A DNA stretch of 64,000 nucleotides from Octopus vulgaris. Lineage: Eukaryota. Location: positions 79,856,001 to 79,920,000 of the forward strand of contig OX597825.1 of assembly GCA_951406725.2 (NCBI GenBank). The letters are read 5' to 3'. Of this stretch, positions 11,411 through 24,850 are shown one piece after another (positions within the stretch are counted from its first letter, which is position 1; each line of letters opens with the position of its first letter). Position numbers and translations under genes: made by a program. The notes under the pieces are model-generated. The model was not told the DNA's origin and made no database searches. It saw only the letters and a list, made by a program, of their open reading frames with translations.

Positions 11411-12078
11411 CTTAATGTTAGGTTAAGCATCCTGAAAGAAACAAATAAAGAGGAAAATGTTAATTTTCAACAATGAAACAATAAGAGATTGTCTTGTGGT
11501 GTGTCAAGGTGAAGTGGGTTAATACAAGTATAATGCATTATGATGTCAATGAAATGAAGCATAAGCCATACAGGATCTTTGATGTCAGTTAATTTCCTAA
11601 TTTAGCATAATTGAAAGCGAGGTAATTTCAATACATAAGTCAAGTAGAAACAAATGAAATGAGAACAAATAAAAGCGAGGGAAGGAAAGAGAAACAAGGA
11701 TAATGAAGTGTTTTGTTTAAGGATATTCATGCTATAAGATACAAATCACAAATCTTGTGGACTATATCTCTGGGAGTCAAATATCAAATATTCCATTGTG
11801 TATACAATTTTTCTATTTAGCAGATTGAAGATGATGCAATACCACACAAATTTACAGGAATATTTTCATAATTTTTCCTATTTTATCTAAAATTTAGCAA
11901 ATTAATTGAACACAATTTTATCTTTTCTATATCTGATAAATATCTAGGAAAATAATATTTGATACTGCTTTTATTCTGCTTAGAATAACAAGAAAAAAAA
12001 GAGTCACGAGAAATCAGCAGAATCAAATAATATAAGCAGTAGGGAAAAGCAACTAACATCGGTAGACAGGTTAACTCA

Positions 12079-12123
12079 TCTCTGATGATGGGATATCATT
12101 ATTTTCCTGAAACAGCTGTAAGA
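12079..12123 (+). ncRNA. Minimal type I hammerhead ribozyme motif (Penelope-associated)
   Basis: tct-CTGATGA-t-ggga..tcct-GAAAC-agct-GTA-aga: intact core, palindromic stem III. Confidence 0.65.
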
Positions 12124-13199
12124 CCACTTTTCTATTTATAAATGGCCTAGGAATATCACATTGTCTTGGCCTTGTTATCTTCCTTTATTTAACATATACA
12201 TGCTTACATATGACCTGCCTTAGACTCCTCATTCATGCTGTTATTGAACTGGGAGCTTAACAGTGGTCTTTCCACAGCTCTTACATAGCTATACTTGCCT
12301 TTTAGGTCTTCTGGATACCAAATCCTCTCACATTATTATTATATATTGTTACGATCAAGCAAATTCTTAGCTATAAAAGGAATGAACTTCTGAATGCAAC
12401 AACAAGGATGAAATTATGTAACAAAAATGTATTTTATATAAGTCAGTTAAAAGATATATTTGATATTTTAGGGATCCATTTGCAAATAAGTTAATCTCCA
12501 AAGAATTTCATGTCCAGTATTTGATTGTTCAAAGTTATATTGTAAACGATCCGATCCGTATGAGCTCTCTCTCATATTTTTTACTATCCATGCAATGCCG
12601 TTGCTGTATATTCAACTCTCCTCTGGATTTTCCTTTTTCTCTTTTTGACAGGAGGTCAATGAGATTAACTCATCTCGTTCATTAACAGGAAGTAAACAAG
12701 ATTACCTGTCTCGTACCTTGCTAACTTTCTGTATGTATATATATACATACATACGTCATTTCAACTCTGCCAAAAAAATGTCATTATATATCTCTCATCA
12801 CAAATGCTTATCTCCCCTCAACCAGATTCTGAAGTTTCATTCAGAAAACATTCTAAGTTCTCTTCCTTCATTATATTGTCTCATTATTTGCACTGATTAT
12901 AGATATAAATAACTATATAAAATCCACAGCTTGATGGTCACCACAGCAGTCTTAGCCTGCTGAGTCACTGTGGTCCAAAATCCAAGCCTAAGCTGGAGGA
13001 TTGGAATGTGCAGCTGAGCTTTGCTATGTCAAGGATTGGTTTAGGTAGCCACTTGAGAGAATGCTTCTCTTCCTTATTGATGTATGTGTGCGTGTTTATG
13101 TATGTGTGTGTGTGTGTGTGTGAGTTTAGGACTGTGTTTGTATTTATAATGGATTTATCTGTGTATTCATGTATGCTTATCTATATATGGGCGTGTATA

Positions 13200-14545
13200 T
13201 AAACTTAGATATGTTTCGACCAAAGATTGGTCCAGGCCATGTCTAACTTAATAGCACCACCTGATAGGATTATTCGAATCCTGTTTAAGTCAAGTTTTGT
13301 TCAAGTAGTGAGTTCTTGTTGGATGAGTTGTATCCAATTATGGGTGGCTTATCTGGTATTCTTTGAAGGAATCTATCCAGACACTGTTTAAAGTTGATGG
13401 GATCCTTTTCCTCTTTGATCTCTCTCGGGACAATGTTAAATAGGGCAGGGCCTGTTGAGGAAAAGAAATTATGTTGCAGTGTATATGTATGTTGTGATCT
13501 TGAATTGGGCAGGGGACGTATAGCCCGTGGTCCAAGTCTTGGATGAACCTTGAAGCTAATGTTTAGGTCGTTTGGGCATAGTTGGCGGTATATTTTCCAC
13601 ATCGTACAAATGATGTACCGCTCACGGCGACGTTGGAGGGAGTAAAGTTTCAAGGCTTTAAGGCGATCCCAATAATCGAGAGCAGCCATGCCTTCAATTC
13701 GTTTAGTGAGTGCCCTCTGGGGTGACTCAATTCTGGAGATGTTTTGTCTTGTGTGAGGAGACCACAGTGGGCAGCAGTATTCAAGGTGTGGCCGTACAAA
13801 GGAGGAAAAAAGTGGTATGATGACACCTTGTTCTCTGGACCGGAAAGTTCTTAAGATCCAGGAACTCATCCTACGAGCTATATCGACCTTCTTGTTGATG
13901 TGTGCACTCCAACTGAGATCGTCATCAACAATTACACCCAGGTCTCTGATATTGTTAGAGGCTGTGAGCGGTTCCCTGAAGGAAGAGAGTATGGCTGTTT
14001 TAGTGAGGAGTTTCTTCCAAAATGCATCAGCTCAAATTTTCCCTCGTTCAGTTGCATTTTGTTTCTGTCTGCCCATTGACTCACAGCATATAGATCAGAA
14101 TGGAGTTGAGTTCAGTCTGCTTCTTCATTGACGATTTGCTGGAGCTTGGTGTCATCAGCAAATATTTTCACTTTGCAGTAATGTACGACACTGGAAAGGT
14201 CGTTTATGTAGATTATGAAGAGTAGCGTGCCCAAGACAGTCCCCTGGGGGACACCGCTGGTGACTTTTGCTGGGCTTGAGTGGACTCCATCAACTACAAC
14301 ATGTTGTGTTCTATTCGCCAGGAAATACTTGATCCAGTGTAGAACTTTTCCACGGATTCCAACATTTGCCAATTTTGAGAGTAGGATATTATGGTCTACC
14401 CTGTCGAACGCTTTACTGAAGTCAAGATATATGACATCAGAGTTCGAACCTGTTCCCAAGGCTTTGAGTACATCTTCAATGTGGTGTAAGAGCTGTGTTA
14501 GACAGTCCCTGCCACAGCGAAAGCCATGCTGATTTGCATTTAGGA
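13200..14545 (-). mobile_element. 5'-truncated CR1/Jockey-group LINE (RT C-terminal half plus 3' UTR stem-loop)
   Basis: YLDFSKAFDRVDH, SGVPQGTVLG, YINDL, FADDTKL, RPHLEYCCPLWSP; frameshifted between ORFs 14112-14459 and 13285-13869; 3' hairpin gaccaa-tct-ttggtc. Confidence 0.93.
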
Positions 14546-14812
14546 GTTATATATATAATTGTTCTTTATTAAAACACAGTAAAAACATCCTAATTTTCTT
14601 TTCTTTTTATATCTTTCATTTCTTTTATTTCTTTTATATTCGACTTAACTGGACAAGTTCATAAATAGCGGAATTAACCATTGGCCCAGCCTTAAGTGAC
14701 TAAATTTGGAAACATTCACAATTACAAACAGCTGCCTGGTTGTCTCTCTTTGTATCAAAATCATTTTAACTATCTGTCTGTTTCTCTCCCCCCTCTCTCT
14801 CTCCTTCATCCC

Positions 14813-14866
<54 letters not shown>

Positions 14867-16104
14867 CTTATTTGTAACACTGAAAGAAAGGTATATCACA
14901 TACATGCATTTGTAAATATATATTTCTGTGTGTGTAAACAAAGTGAGGGAGAGACATAAAAAGACAGGCAAAAAGGGAGCAAGAGATGAATTCTTGGAGA
15001 CAAAATGTAAGTTATTAATCATCCTTTCTTAAATTATTAATTATTTTGAATCTTTTCCTTCTTTATATCAGAGCTACCAAAAAGTAATGTTGCCTTTTGA
15101 GTAATGAGTTCAAATTATCATAATTCCTATCGTAAATATATTTATTCCTTCAAAATATAATTGCCATCATAAGGAATAGCATTTTTACCATTTCTAAACC
15201 AGTTTTTCTGATTTCTCAGGCAAAAATTTAGGTTCTTTAGAAGAGAAGATGTTTACGGTGTTTCAAAACTGTCTCTGCTTTTGAATGGTTTTCCACTGGT
15301 AAAATGTCCAAGTGATCTAAATAAGTAAACATCAGATGGCACTAGGTCTGGTGATTAGAGAGGGTGAGACAGAGCTTCCTCACCCAATGAGTTTATCCAT
15401 TTAAAAAAAAATTTTAGCTTATCTTCACTGAATGCGACTATGCATTATGTTGTAGAATTCAAATTCCGCCAAGCTTGACTTTACTTTTTATCTTTTAGGG
15501 TTGATAGAACAAGTACCAGTCAAGTAGTGGGGTCGATGTAATTGACTAGTCATTCCCCTCAAAAACAACTGGCCCTGTGCCAAAATTTGAAATTATTTAT
15601 CATGTTGCAGTATGAGTTCCTCTCCCTTGACAGGATCTGATTATTGTTTTGAGCAAAAGTTGATAGACACATTCAAGTTGTTGGCAAAATAGAATTCTGT
15701 GGTGATACTTTTCCCTTTTTCCAATAATTCAAAGTGAATAATGTCTATTGTATTCCACTAAATGCACTGCAAAATCTTCTTTGGATGTTGGAACTGGAAT
15801 TCATTTGACAATAGCCAGTGCTTCTTAGACATTTTATTGGCATATCTATTTCTCATTACCCAATATATATCAGTTAAGAAAAGATGTCTGTTTATTCTTG
15901 ATTAGGAAATTGTTGAATGCATTGCTTTATTCTCAGGGTACAGCGCATGAGGTACCTGCTTCCCTTTTCTACACACATTCCAAATCTGCTTGTGATGATC
16001 TTGTGCAATGGACCAAGGTTTATTAAGCCTCCAGGAAAATGCAGGTGTGGCTACTCAAGAATTCTACCATTAAAACACTTTTATACCTTTGCTATGTTTT
16101 TCTA

Positions 16105-16163
<59 letters not shown>

Positions 16164-16298
16164 GATCGCTAGCCACTAGATCTTTTTCTATTTTCTCTCC
16201 CTGTTTATTTCTGTATTCCTTTGTGTTGGGTACACTACCAGCAGTATATTGGATAGGTACTAGCCCTTAGTTGGTTTCTCAAACTCTAACTCAAACAG

Positions 16299-16344
<46 letters not shown>

Positions 16345-16356
<12 letters not shown>

Positions 16357-17140
16357 ATATTAGGGAATAAATCCAAATTTACAGGGAAAAAATCAGATTT
16401 AGGATTAAATCCAATTTTATAGTAAAATATTATATAATATTAATTCGAGACAAAACCACTATTTTGCAAAACAAACAAGGAAAGACTTAATCAATACATA
16501 AAATTTTGGATTTGTCGAACATACTGCACAATTACTTTGACAGGTGATTCTATCAAATGGATATGATCTGCATAATGCCGATTTGATAGTCCTACCTGTC
16601 TTTTCTACAACTTTAACTTTTAGGCCCGTAGTGCGCAGGACTTTCTTGAATGCCTTACTTAGCTCGTTCTTAGGTGTAGCGTCAACGAACATCACTCCGT
16701 GAAATCTCCTGTTATCGTACCAAGTAACGTTTCTCATCTTTTTGTTGGTGTCCCTCTCTAACCTATTCCAGAACTTGTTGCGGTACAGGGGGCATATACC
16801 GTTTTCGTCGTTCCTTAGAATGCGTTCGAATCTAGCTTTCGCTCCTTTGTACACCCTGACTCTATCGTCTTGTGTGTATCCGGAGCGTTGCATTCGGAAT
16901 ATGTAGTGCTGGATGTGTTGTTGTCGTTCTTGTGGTTGGCATAGTGGTGATACATTCCTCATTACTCTAACTAAGTCTGCCACTAGGATGTTGAGTTTGG
17001 CACTATCCGACATAGCTGAGTCGCTACGGATTACTAGTGGATTAGCCATCGGTTTCTGATAGTGTGAGTGGAGTATACAGGGTTTAATGGTACCATTAAC
17101 CATAGCATCTTCCATCCATAGCTCAGTATCTAGTATCCTA
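16345..17140 (-). mobile_element. Penelope-like element fragment (RT thumb to pre-GIY-YIG Cys linker) fused to an AT-rich terminal module
   Basis: LDTELW..HYQKPMAN..SAMS..K..IL..R..RN.S, MQRSGY, PLYR, C-x3-C-x2-C; CpG-rich and stop-free over ~640 bp. Confidence 0.8.
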
Positions 17141-17994
17141 GATACAGAACATTGAGCAACAGTCATGATGTTGGTGTCACCATGTGTAGTTGGTGATCGA
17201 TATAGATGAGTTGGTGAATGAAGATCTATTTCGTTGGTTGCATGAATAATTGAAGCAAAACCCATGAAATTTTAACTGAAATAGTCACCATTGCACACAA
17301 AGATGATCACTATGGAATATTTACAACTAACAACATTAATAATTACAGACTGGGAAAAAAGAATAAAGCATTTGAAGAAGTTCCTTATAAAATATTGTGT
17401 GAATGTTCAGTTTGGTCTGTCCAAGAACCTGGAGTTGTCTGTGCAAATGTCTGGAAACATCAGATGGCAAGAATGGAGGCATATGTCACTCAGCTGCAAA
17501 GAGTTTCATACCATAGCAATTTTTTATAGGTGACAAGATGAATATTCTAGAAGACTAAACCATGTCACAACTTGAAGGTGATTGGTTGCTTAATAGACTG
17601 ATCATGTGAAACTATTGTGATTCAGTCGTGATGACTAACTGGTTATTTAGTGGTTGGGTTTCAAATCACTGCTACATTAGCATTTTGATACCAGGAATGA
17701 ATCATCATGATACAGATAACTTTTGGCCAATATTCAGGTGGCTTCCAGTCTGCCATGTCTGCTGACTTTATCTCAACTACAACTTTAATCTTTATGCTCT
17801 CCAATGCCATTGACTGATTGACTGTTCATCAATACATGAAGCTGTTCTTGGTAAAGATATAAAAGAAATCCTCTTTAGTCCAAATACCACCTCTCTCACT
17901 ATATATATAGTGAGAGAGAGAGAGAGAGAGAGAGAGAGTGAGAAAGAGAGGTGGTATTTGGGTTGAAGAGAATTAATATATATATATATATATT

Positions 17995-18030
<36 letters not shown>

Positions 18031-18190
18031 GTCTTCATCGTTTAACTTCCGCTTTCCATGCTAGCATGGGTTGGATGATTCAACCAGGGTCTGGGAAGCC
18101 AGGAGGCTGCCCCAGGCTCCAGTCTGATCTGGCAGTGCTTCTATAGCTGGATGCCCTTCCTAACGCCAACCACTCCGTGAGTGTATTGGG
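17995..18190 (-). mobile_element. RTE LINE 3' tail with (GAT)n; further tails at ~24850, 35230, 36805, 37150
   Basis: (cat)n-cgtttaac(g/t)tcc-gctttccatgctagcatgggttgga, the same terminus as the long RTE copies. Confidence 0.85.
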
Positions 18191-18968
18191 AATATATAAA
18201 ATTTGCTAGGTTACAGGTTAAAATAACCATCTAAAGGATAAAAGTATCCATTATATAACTGGTGTATTACCTATGTTTAACCATGGGCATACATATGCAA
18301 GCATATTATACTCATAAACTACAGGTAAAGACAAGGATAAACAGGAGTTTATCAGGAATCAAAATTTAAAGCAAACAGAGAATAGAGAAATATTGATGAA
18401 CAGCAATTGACTTACATAGATTATTACTTATTAATACCATATAGATAGACTGCATCCCATCTAACAGCTGTTTCTGTTTCCAATGTTGTATGGTATTGCC
18501 ATTGATAGGCTAAAAATATTTATCATATTTGGTAATAAAGCAGGTTGACTAAAGACTGTGGAGTGGAACTTCATATGTTGTGCCACATATACCATTTTCC
18601 CATTCAATTATTTATTTATCTTATCCCATTTAACGGTCTTATTTATCTTACCCCATTTAACTAACAATAGTGCATTGGGATCAATATAATCAAGTAGTCC
18701 CTTCTCCCCAAATTTCAGGATATGTGTCTATATATGAAAGGATTATAGGATTGAAATATCAACTGACAAAAGGCTATAATTTATTCTGTTTTCTCCTTTA
18801 CAGTTTGTAAATACAGTTCAACAGATGAAAGTAAAGAAATTAATAATACCCATCATTAAGAACATTTGATATAGAAATTCTAATCAACTTTATTTACAAA
18901 AGATCTTAAAAGAAATAGAAGGAAAAACACTATTTGTTAAGAATACTCACTTCATTCCATCTACCACT

Positions 18969-18990
18969 ATGTTACTGCTATCATTTTCAA
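18969..18990 (+). CDS. Gene B putative first coding exon portion (MLLLSFS; exon probably 18804-18990)
   Basis: ttctcctttacag acceptor at 18803; caa|gtatgt phase-1 donor matches exon 2; hydrophobic N-terminus, but the signal peptide is short so the start is uncertain. Confidence 0.5.
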
Positions 18991-19829
18991 GTATGTTAGT
19001 ATTCATATTAATCCATTTTACAAGTAAGTCCTCTTTGTTTTTTATATTTAATTGTGCAATCATGGCTGTGTTTGATCAAAAAGTTTGTTTTCAGGACAGT
19101 TTCTGTTGTATGGTACCTTGGATTACTGTCTTGCACAGTAGTCTCAGGCTGACTAGAGACTGTGGAGTGGAACTTCATATGTGGAGATTTGTAGAAGCTG
19201 CTTGTAGAGTCCATTTTTGTTCCTATTCTTGGGTGGTGGACTTCATCTATTACTTGGTTCAAACCTCCTCAAAACCAAACCACCTGAAATTGCACCTGTT
19301 TATATGATAGTAACTACCTGTTTTAATGTACTTGAAATTAAAACCTGGCATCTAAATTTCATGTTAATTTGTGTTTAAAACATAAGCTTGAAAATAACTA
19401 CATTATTTTACTGAATTCTTCATCATTTTCAATATGAATAGACAAAGGCAACATAAATATGGTAACATAAATGTGAAAGTGATCTCAGTTAAAACATCAT
19501 AATTGGTAGAGAAACAGAAAGTAGGAATCCATCAGAGAGAGCATTCCTATTACAGACTTCAATCTCCTCTCAATTTAATGTCACCAAATGGTCCTTAGGT
19601 ACCTTTTAAAAAAAAAGTGTTTTCTTTTACATATTAAGATGCACACACACACACACACACAGAGGTTAATAGTATAATGCTATATCTAAATACTATATGA
19701 ATACGGGTGTGTGAGTCCATGGAAGTGTGTCTGAAATCACACATCCATGTCCAAGAAATTCTTTGTCATGCATTCAAACAGGTTTTTTTTATTCATTTTG
19801 TATTGTTCTGTGGTAGAGTCTGAACATTT

Positions 19830-20900
19830 GTAAAATGGTCAAATTTTACAAAAACCATGGATTCCAAACAATATCTTCTTATATCCTTCATTCTAAACAT
19901 AAGAAAAAGAAAAAAAACATTCCCTCCAACTTAGCAGAAAGGATTTGCACGATTGTGTCAAATGTTAAAAAACATAATCAAAGTCTGAAAGGCCAGATCA
20001 AGTGTGAGGAAAAGTGCTGTTGCAGCACGCTGCTTTATTTAGCATTTATCAGTATATTTCTGGGTCCTCTTGTGTGACCAGTTGAACATAGTCCCAGTCA
20101 GTTTCTATCTACGTGAGATACCTTCTCATCTGCCATGACCATGTGGCATATGGTAAACCAGCATGAGCCATTTACACAGACTGGAAGAGCTGAAAGAAAT
20201 ACTAATTGAAAGAGCATTTCCATTCAATCTTATTGTGAATGGAATAGAAAGAGTAAAAATGTTTATATCTCCATTTTCTTAGAAAAGTAAAAAGTAAAGC
20301 CCCTCACAAAATGTTTTACTTTATGTCTCTACATTTAAACCAAGAAATAGTGAAATATTTAACTACGTACAAAACAACGAACCTTGAAAATCAAAAAATG
20401 GAAAAATTACTAGAAAATCAATTTGTTATTGAAAACAAAAGGTAACCAAAGACTTACAAGAATATTCTAACTTTCAGCAAAGCTTTTCAAACAATTGCCC
20501 AACCCCATGATTTCTAAATGTGGTAGCCTGAACTGTGGTACATGTCTGTACTTAAATGATAGCTTGGAATTCAAATTTAAGCACAGACATGTCTTCAAAG
20601 TAAAATAAAATTTCTCTTGCAACTTCTTATACTCAATTTATGCCATAACAAACTGTAGAAACTGCATCAGACTGATGGGATTATCACTTTGTGGACAATT
20701 GATGATGCACAAGCAAGAAATAAGGGGAGAAAAAAGAAAGAAAGAAACAGGAACACATAGTAACTTATACTGAAATGGAACCACCCAATTTAAAGATTTT
20801 TCCATTTTACAAATGCTCAGATTCTACCATGTAACATCTATGAACAAATAAAGGAAGAAAATTTATTATGAAATAAAAGCCTTGCTGGAATAATTGACAA
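19830..20900 (+). mobile_element. Decayed Penelope-like element (RT thumb and GIY-YIG region)
   Basis: YILHSKH..KNIPSNLAERICTIVSN thumb motif; CGSLNCGTCLYL Cys linker. Confidence 0.6.
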
Positions 20901-21114
20901 ACAATTTCAGGCAACTTAGGATACACTTGTATGGACACACATGCACACGCGCACACACACACATATTCACATAGTTTTTGATATATACAATCTACCATTA
21001 ACTCATGTGTGCATGGGTGCAAGTCATTATGTATGTGTGTGTGTATGAGAATATATGTATGTGTGTATGAGTAAATATGAACGTGTGTATCTATGTTTGT
21101 GTCTTTGTATTTAT

Positions 21115-21376
21115 TATAAGGGCTATTTGGTTGTTGTTGCTAGTAATCTTGATGGATTACCAAAGTAGGCACTCCAAAATATAAGGGCTATTTGGTTGTT
21201 GTTGCTAGTAATCTTGATGGATTACCAAAGTAGGCACTCCAAAATATAAGGGCTATTTGGTTGTTGTTGCTAGTAATCTTGATGGATTACCAAAGTAGGC
21301 ACTCCAAAATATAAGGGCTATTTGGTTATTGTTGCTAGTAATCATGATGGATTACTAAAGAAGGCACTTTGAAATA
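21115..21376. repeat. 65-bp tandem repeat x4 (three near-identical units, fourth diverged)
   Basis: gggctatttggtt at 21120, 21185, 21250, 21315. Confidence 0.95.
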
Positions 21377-22529
21377 TTTTTGACAAGCCTGAAACCAAAG
21401 TTCAACTAACCACTCCTTGTCTTACATGAAAGAATAATTATTAATCTATCTACCTATATTGCTGATTCTCTCCATGTATCTGCCTATCAATCTCTCTAGG
21501 GCAGTCCTTCATTTAAAAATCCTATCTTGTCACTCAAATTTCTAATGTACCCTTCCTAACCTTACAGTCTAAAGGCCATATCCTTTCATATTTTGTGTTT
21601 TATCTTGTTACCCTAGTTGTGTGTCCAGTTACAAAACTCTAACCCTTTATATTGCAAACACTATAGCTACTTTCACTTTATAAATCCACAACTACAATGG
21701 ATAAAACCAGTTATGTAAGTTAATAACATTGGATAGATTTAAATGAATTAAATTTGTCATGAAATATTACCATATTTCTCCTAATGTAACTGTGCATTTT
21801 TACCCATTTTAAAAATTTATATAACATTTGTACAGAAACTTTTAACACTTTTCCATCCATCCATCCATTCATCCATCCATATGATGGCTATGGTGGTGGT
21901 GGTGATGATGATGATGATGATTATGGTGGTAGTGGTGGTGGTTACGAGGATGATGATGGCAAGGATAATAATGATGTAGAGGTGGTGAAGTTTCATTTGA
22001 GAAATTATTCTTTTGTTGAGAGCTTTTTGACTTCTCTCTCTCTCTCTCTCTCTCTTATTTTTCTTTTTGCATTTTAGCATTGATCTAAAGGACATTGAAA
22101 TGTAAAAGACAATGGTAGACAAATTTTGACCATAGTGATTAAGTAACTCTTTCTGCTGCTTTAACATCAACCACTCAGTCATGAAATTAGAGTGGATGTT
22201 GTTAAAAAAATTACCTAGATTCAAATTTAAGTTTGATTCATGAAAAAAACATGCAAAAAGGGAAAAGAAAATTTTCTTTAGAAAAAATTAGTAAAGAATC
22301 CAAATTTACATGATTATTCATATTCTCATGTTATTTTCAAAAACAATTTCCATGTTCTTTACTAGTTTTCTTTGAATAACTAGACTGGTGCACCAGCTCG
22401 GCCACAGCATCTGATTGAAACCAATAACTGAATATTGGAATAGAACAGTTGACTAACTATTCACATTGTATTGTAAAAGTTTTTAGATGTTACAAAGATA
22501 AATTTGTTTCCCTTTTTTCTATTTGCCAG

Positions 22530-22726
22530 ATACTCATGCCACAATATGGGATGTAAAAGTTTGTCATACTGTGGTGTATCGCTCTTCAGTTCGCATGATT
22601 CTTAACAAGAAATTCGTAAGAGAAGTGGCAGCTTCAAAAGATCCTAAATGTTTTGAAATTACATTTAAATTGAATGATGAAGTAAAACCAAGTTATATTA
22701 AGCTACCTTACCCTATGGCTTATAAG
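22530..22726 (+). CDS. Gene B exon 2 (domain 1 N-part): THATIWDVKVCH...YPMAYK
   Basis: ttttttctatttgccag acceptor, aag|gtaagt donor, open, phase 1 to 0. Confidence 0.85.
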
Positions 22727-23798
22727 GTAAGTAAATTAAAACACACACGCATACACACATATGTATGCACATGCATTCATGCACACACACACTAATATAC
22801 CTATTTTATCAAAATTTATTCTATTTTAAATGAAATAAGATTAAACTGGTATTTTATAACACCAATAGCATAGTACACATTCTAAAAAAAAGAAAAACAT
22901 ACAGAAATTATGTAATGTCTTCACTTGACTGCTGTTTCAGAAAAGCAAAAGTTATGTAACAGTTGGCTTTCTTTGCAGGTATTCAATATATCTCTTATTA
23001 TAAAAGGCAGATTTTATCTGCCTCCCTTTGTCACTTATAGAAATCTACAATATAGGATTTCTTCAATTACAATTTACCTAGCATTTTTAAGAGTAGAATG
23101 CATCGGGTCATGCCAGGTCCAGTTTTTAAAATTTAAAACCAATTAAGCAAAATTTACAGAAAACTCACATTCTGGTGTGTATGTCAAATGCTTTTCTTAG
23201 TCTGGTTTACAGCACATGCAAACGCACACACACAGTGTACAACGAATAAAGTGAAACTAGATGTAATATTTGTTTCTGTCTATCACGCTGATAGATACAT
23301 GAGTAAAATGTATGGCAAGCTAAGAGATAAGAGTGAGTGAAAATGTTCTTGGAAGAGAGTAAATAGCGACAGAGTGATTTGAGGAAGACTAAACTGAAAG
23401 TATGAAACAGTGTTTATGTATAAACAGACGACACTTATATATAGTTATTAATAAATGTATGCATCCGTTTAACCCTTTCGTTACCAAACCGCCCGAATTT
23501 ACCTATTCATATTTAAATGAGAATATCAGAGTAAATCTCTTTAGTACATTCGTGAAAACACGTATTATACTTCGTAAACACTTCAAATACAGTTTTGTAC
23601 AAAAATCGAAGTGTAATTTTAATTCCGTGAATTATGGGAGATTTTTTTCCGAAATTTGTTCCTATTGTGTTTTCAAAATTTGTAATTCTGACAAAAAATG
23701 GATACGAATTTCATTATATCAAGCAGTGAGTCAGAATTCGAAGGATTTTCTACTGAAGACCTTCATAAATCTAACTCTATGACTGAAAAAAAAAAGCA

Positions 23799-24193
23799 TC
23801 TTTATATAAGAGTGAAGTTGTGTGTCTGTCTCCTACGATTTAGATTCGTAACTACTCCCACATTTTGCGGTGCAGTTTAACCAAAAGCGGGTATCTTATA
23901 GTCGTGATTCATATCGAGCCCTTCTGGGTATTAGCGCGCATCTACGATGAGTCTACGATTTAAAATAAATTTACCATCATATTTTTCCATTTTAATGCAG
24001 TTTTTTTCGCTTTTATATAAGGGAAGTAACTCTCTAAAAATATCTACGATGTGTCAACGATTTAAAAAAAATTTACCTTAATTTTTTTTCAATTTTTAAT
24101 GCATTTTTTTGCTATTTTTTGGCTATAACTCTCTAAAAATGCTTATATAGTTATTTCCCTTACAACCCGAGTAACGCCGGGCGATACTGCTAG
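23799..24193 (+). mobile_element. Non-autonomous Helitron
   Basis: A|TC 5' end, subterminal hairpin cccgagtaacgccggg (24166-24181), CTAG|T 3' end, no TSD. Confidence 0.75.
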
Positions 24194-24353
24194 TTTGAAT
24201 ATAAACTTGGATGCAAAGAGCTTGAAAATTTTCATCTATAAGGAATTGAACTTAATGCCCTTTGTATAAGTTTTATCTCTGAACTATGCAATAAAAGCTG
24301 ATGTAAACATTAAATATTAAATTAATAAGTTAGAAGACTAGAAAATAATAAGT

Positions 24354-24393
<40 letters not shown>

Positions 24394-24654
24394 CGCGCAC
24401 GTATGTTAATATTTGTTTTTATGTCAAGTTATATATAGGAGCCGTGTAACATTAAACTGAAAGGTAATTTCATATTTTTACCAGATACATACATATATTG
24501 GGTTGGTGCATAATCATTGCAGCTTTTTTTCAACAAATTTTATTCAACAAAAGCAATAAGAATACTTAACAAAGAAATCTTTAAATGACGGTCTGACCAT
24601 CTGCCAAGCAAATAGGAAGCAGTAATTGAACTATATTTAAGAGATGAGGAATTA

Positions 24655-24850
24655 TGTACATTATTTACATTCGACGGATATTTCTCCTCATTTTGTTTGT
24701 TGTTAACACAATGTTTCAGCTGATATACCCTCCAGCTTTCTTCAGGTGTCTTGGGGAACCTGGGTTCTCATTGCTAAGGTATGAACATTATGTTAACAAC
24801 AAACAAGATGAGGACAAATATCTGTCAAATGTAAATAATGTAAATAATGT
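24655..24850. mobile_element. Penelope-type inverted-repeat remnant containing a hammerhead motif
   Basis: 24657-24708 inverted at 24791-24850; hammerhead on minus strand 24705-24750. Confidence 0.65.
24705..24750 (-). ncRNA. Minimal hammerhead ribozyme motif (stem III mutated)
   Basis: gacac-CTGAAGA-a-agctg..cagct-GAAAC-att-gtgtt; stems I and II pair. Confidence 0.55.

Larger units (their letters stand above)
1..13108. repeat. Segmental/tandem duplication, copy A (runs off the left edge)
   Basis: Colinear and near-identical (by eye ~98-99% outside indels) with 46628-64000; paired ORFs in the track (e.g. 10980/61872, 12718/63610, 6633/58025). Confidence 0.97.

Noticed and set aside
18455-18485. 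Hammerhead on minus strand (GAAACAGCTGTT)
   Set aside because: No CUGANGA core at a suitable distance
21115-21376. CRISPR-like regular array
   Set aside because: Contiguous 65-bp units with no unique spacers, no cas genes, eukaryotic context
22979-23146. Candidate exon after strong acceptor ctttctttgcag (VFNISLIIKG..)
   Set aside because: No good phase-1 GT donor; 27302-27389 fits phase and the short-exon pattern better. Cannot be excluded as an alternative exon
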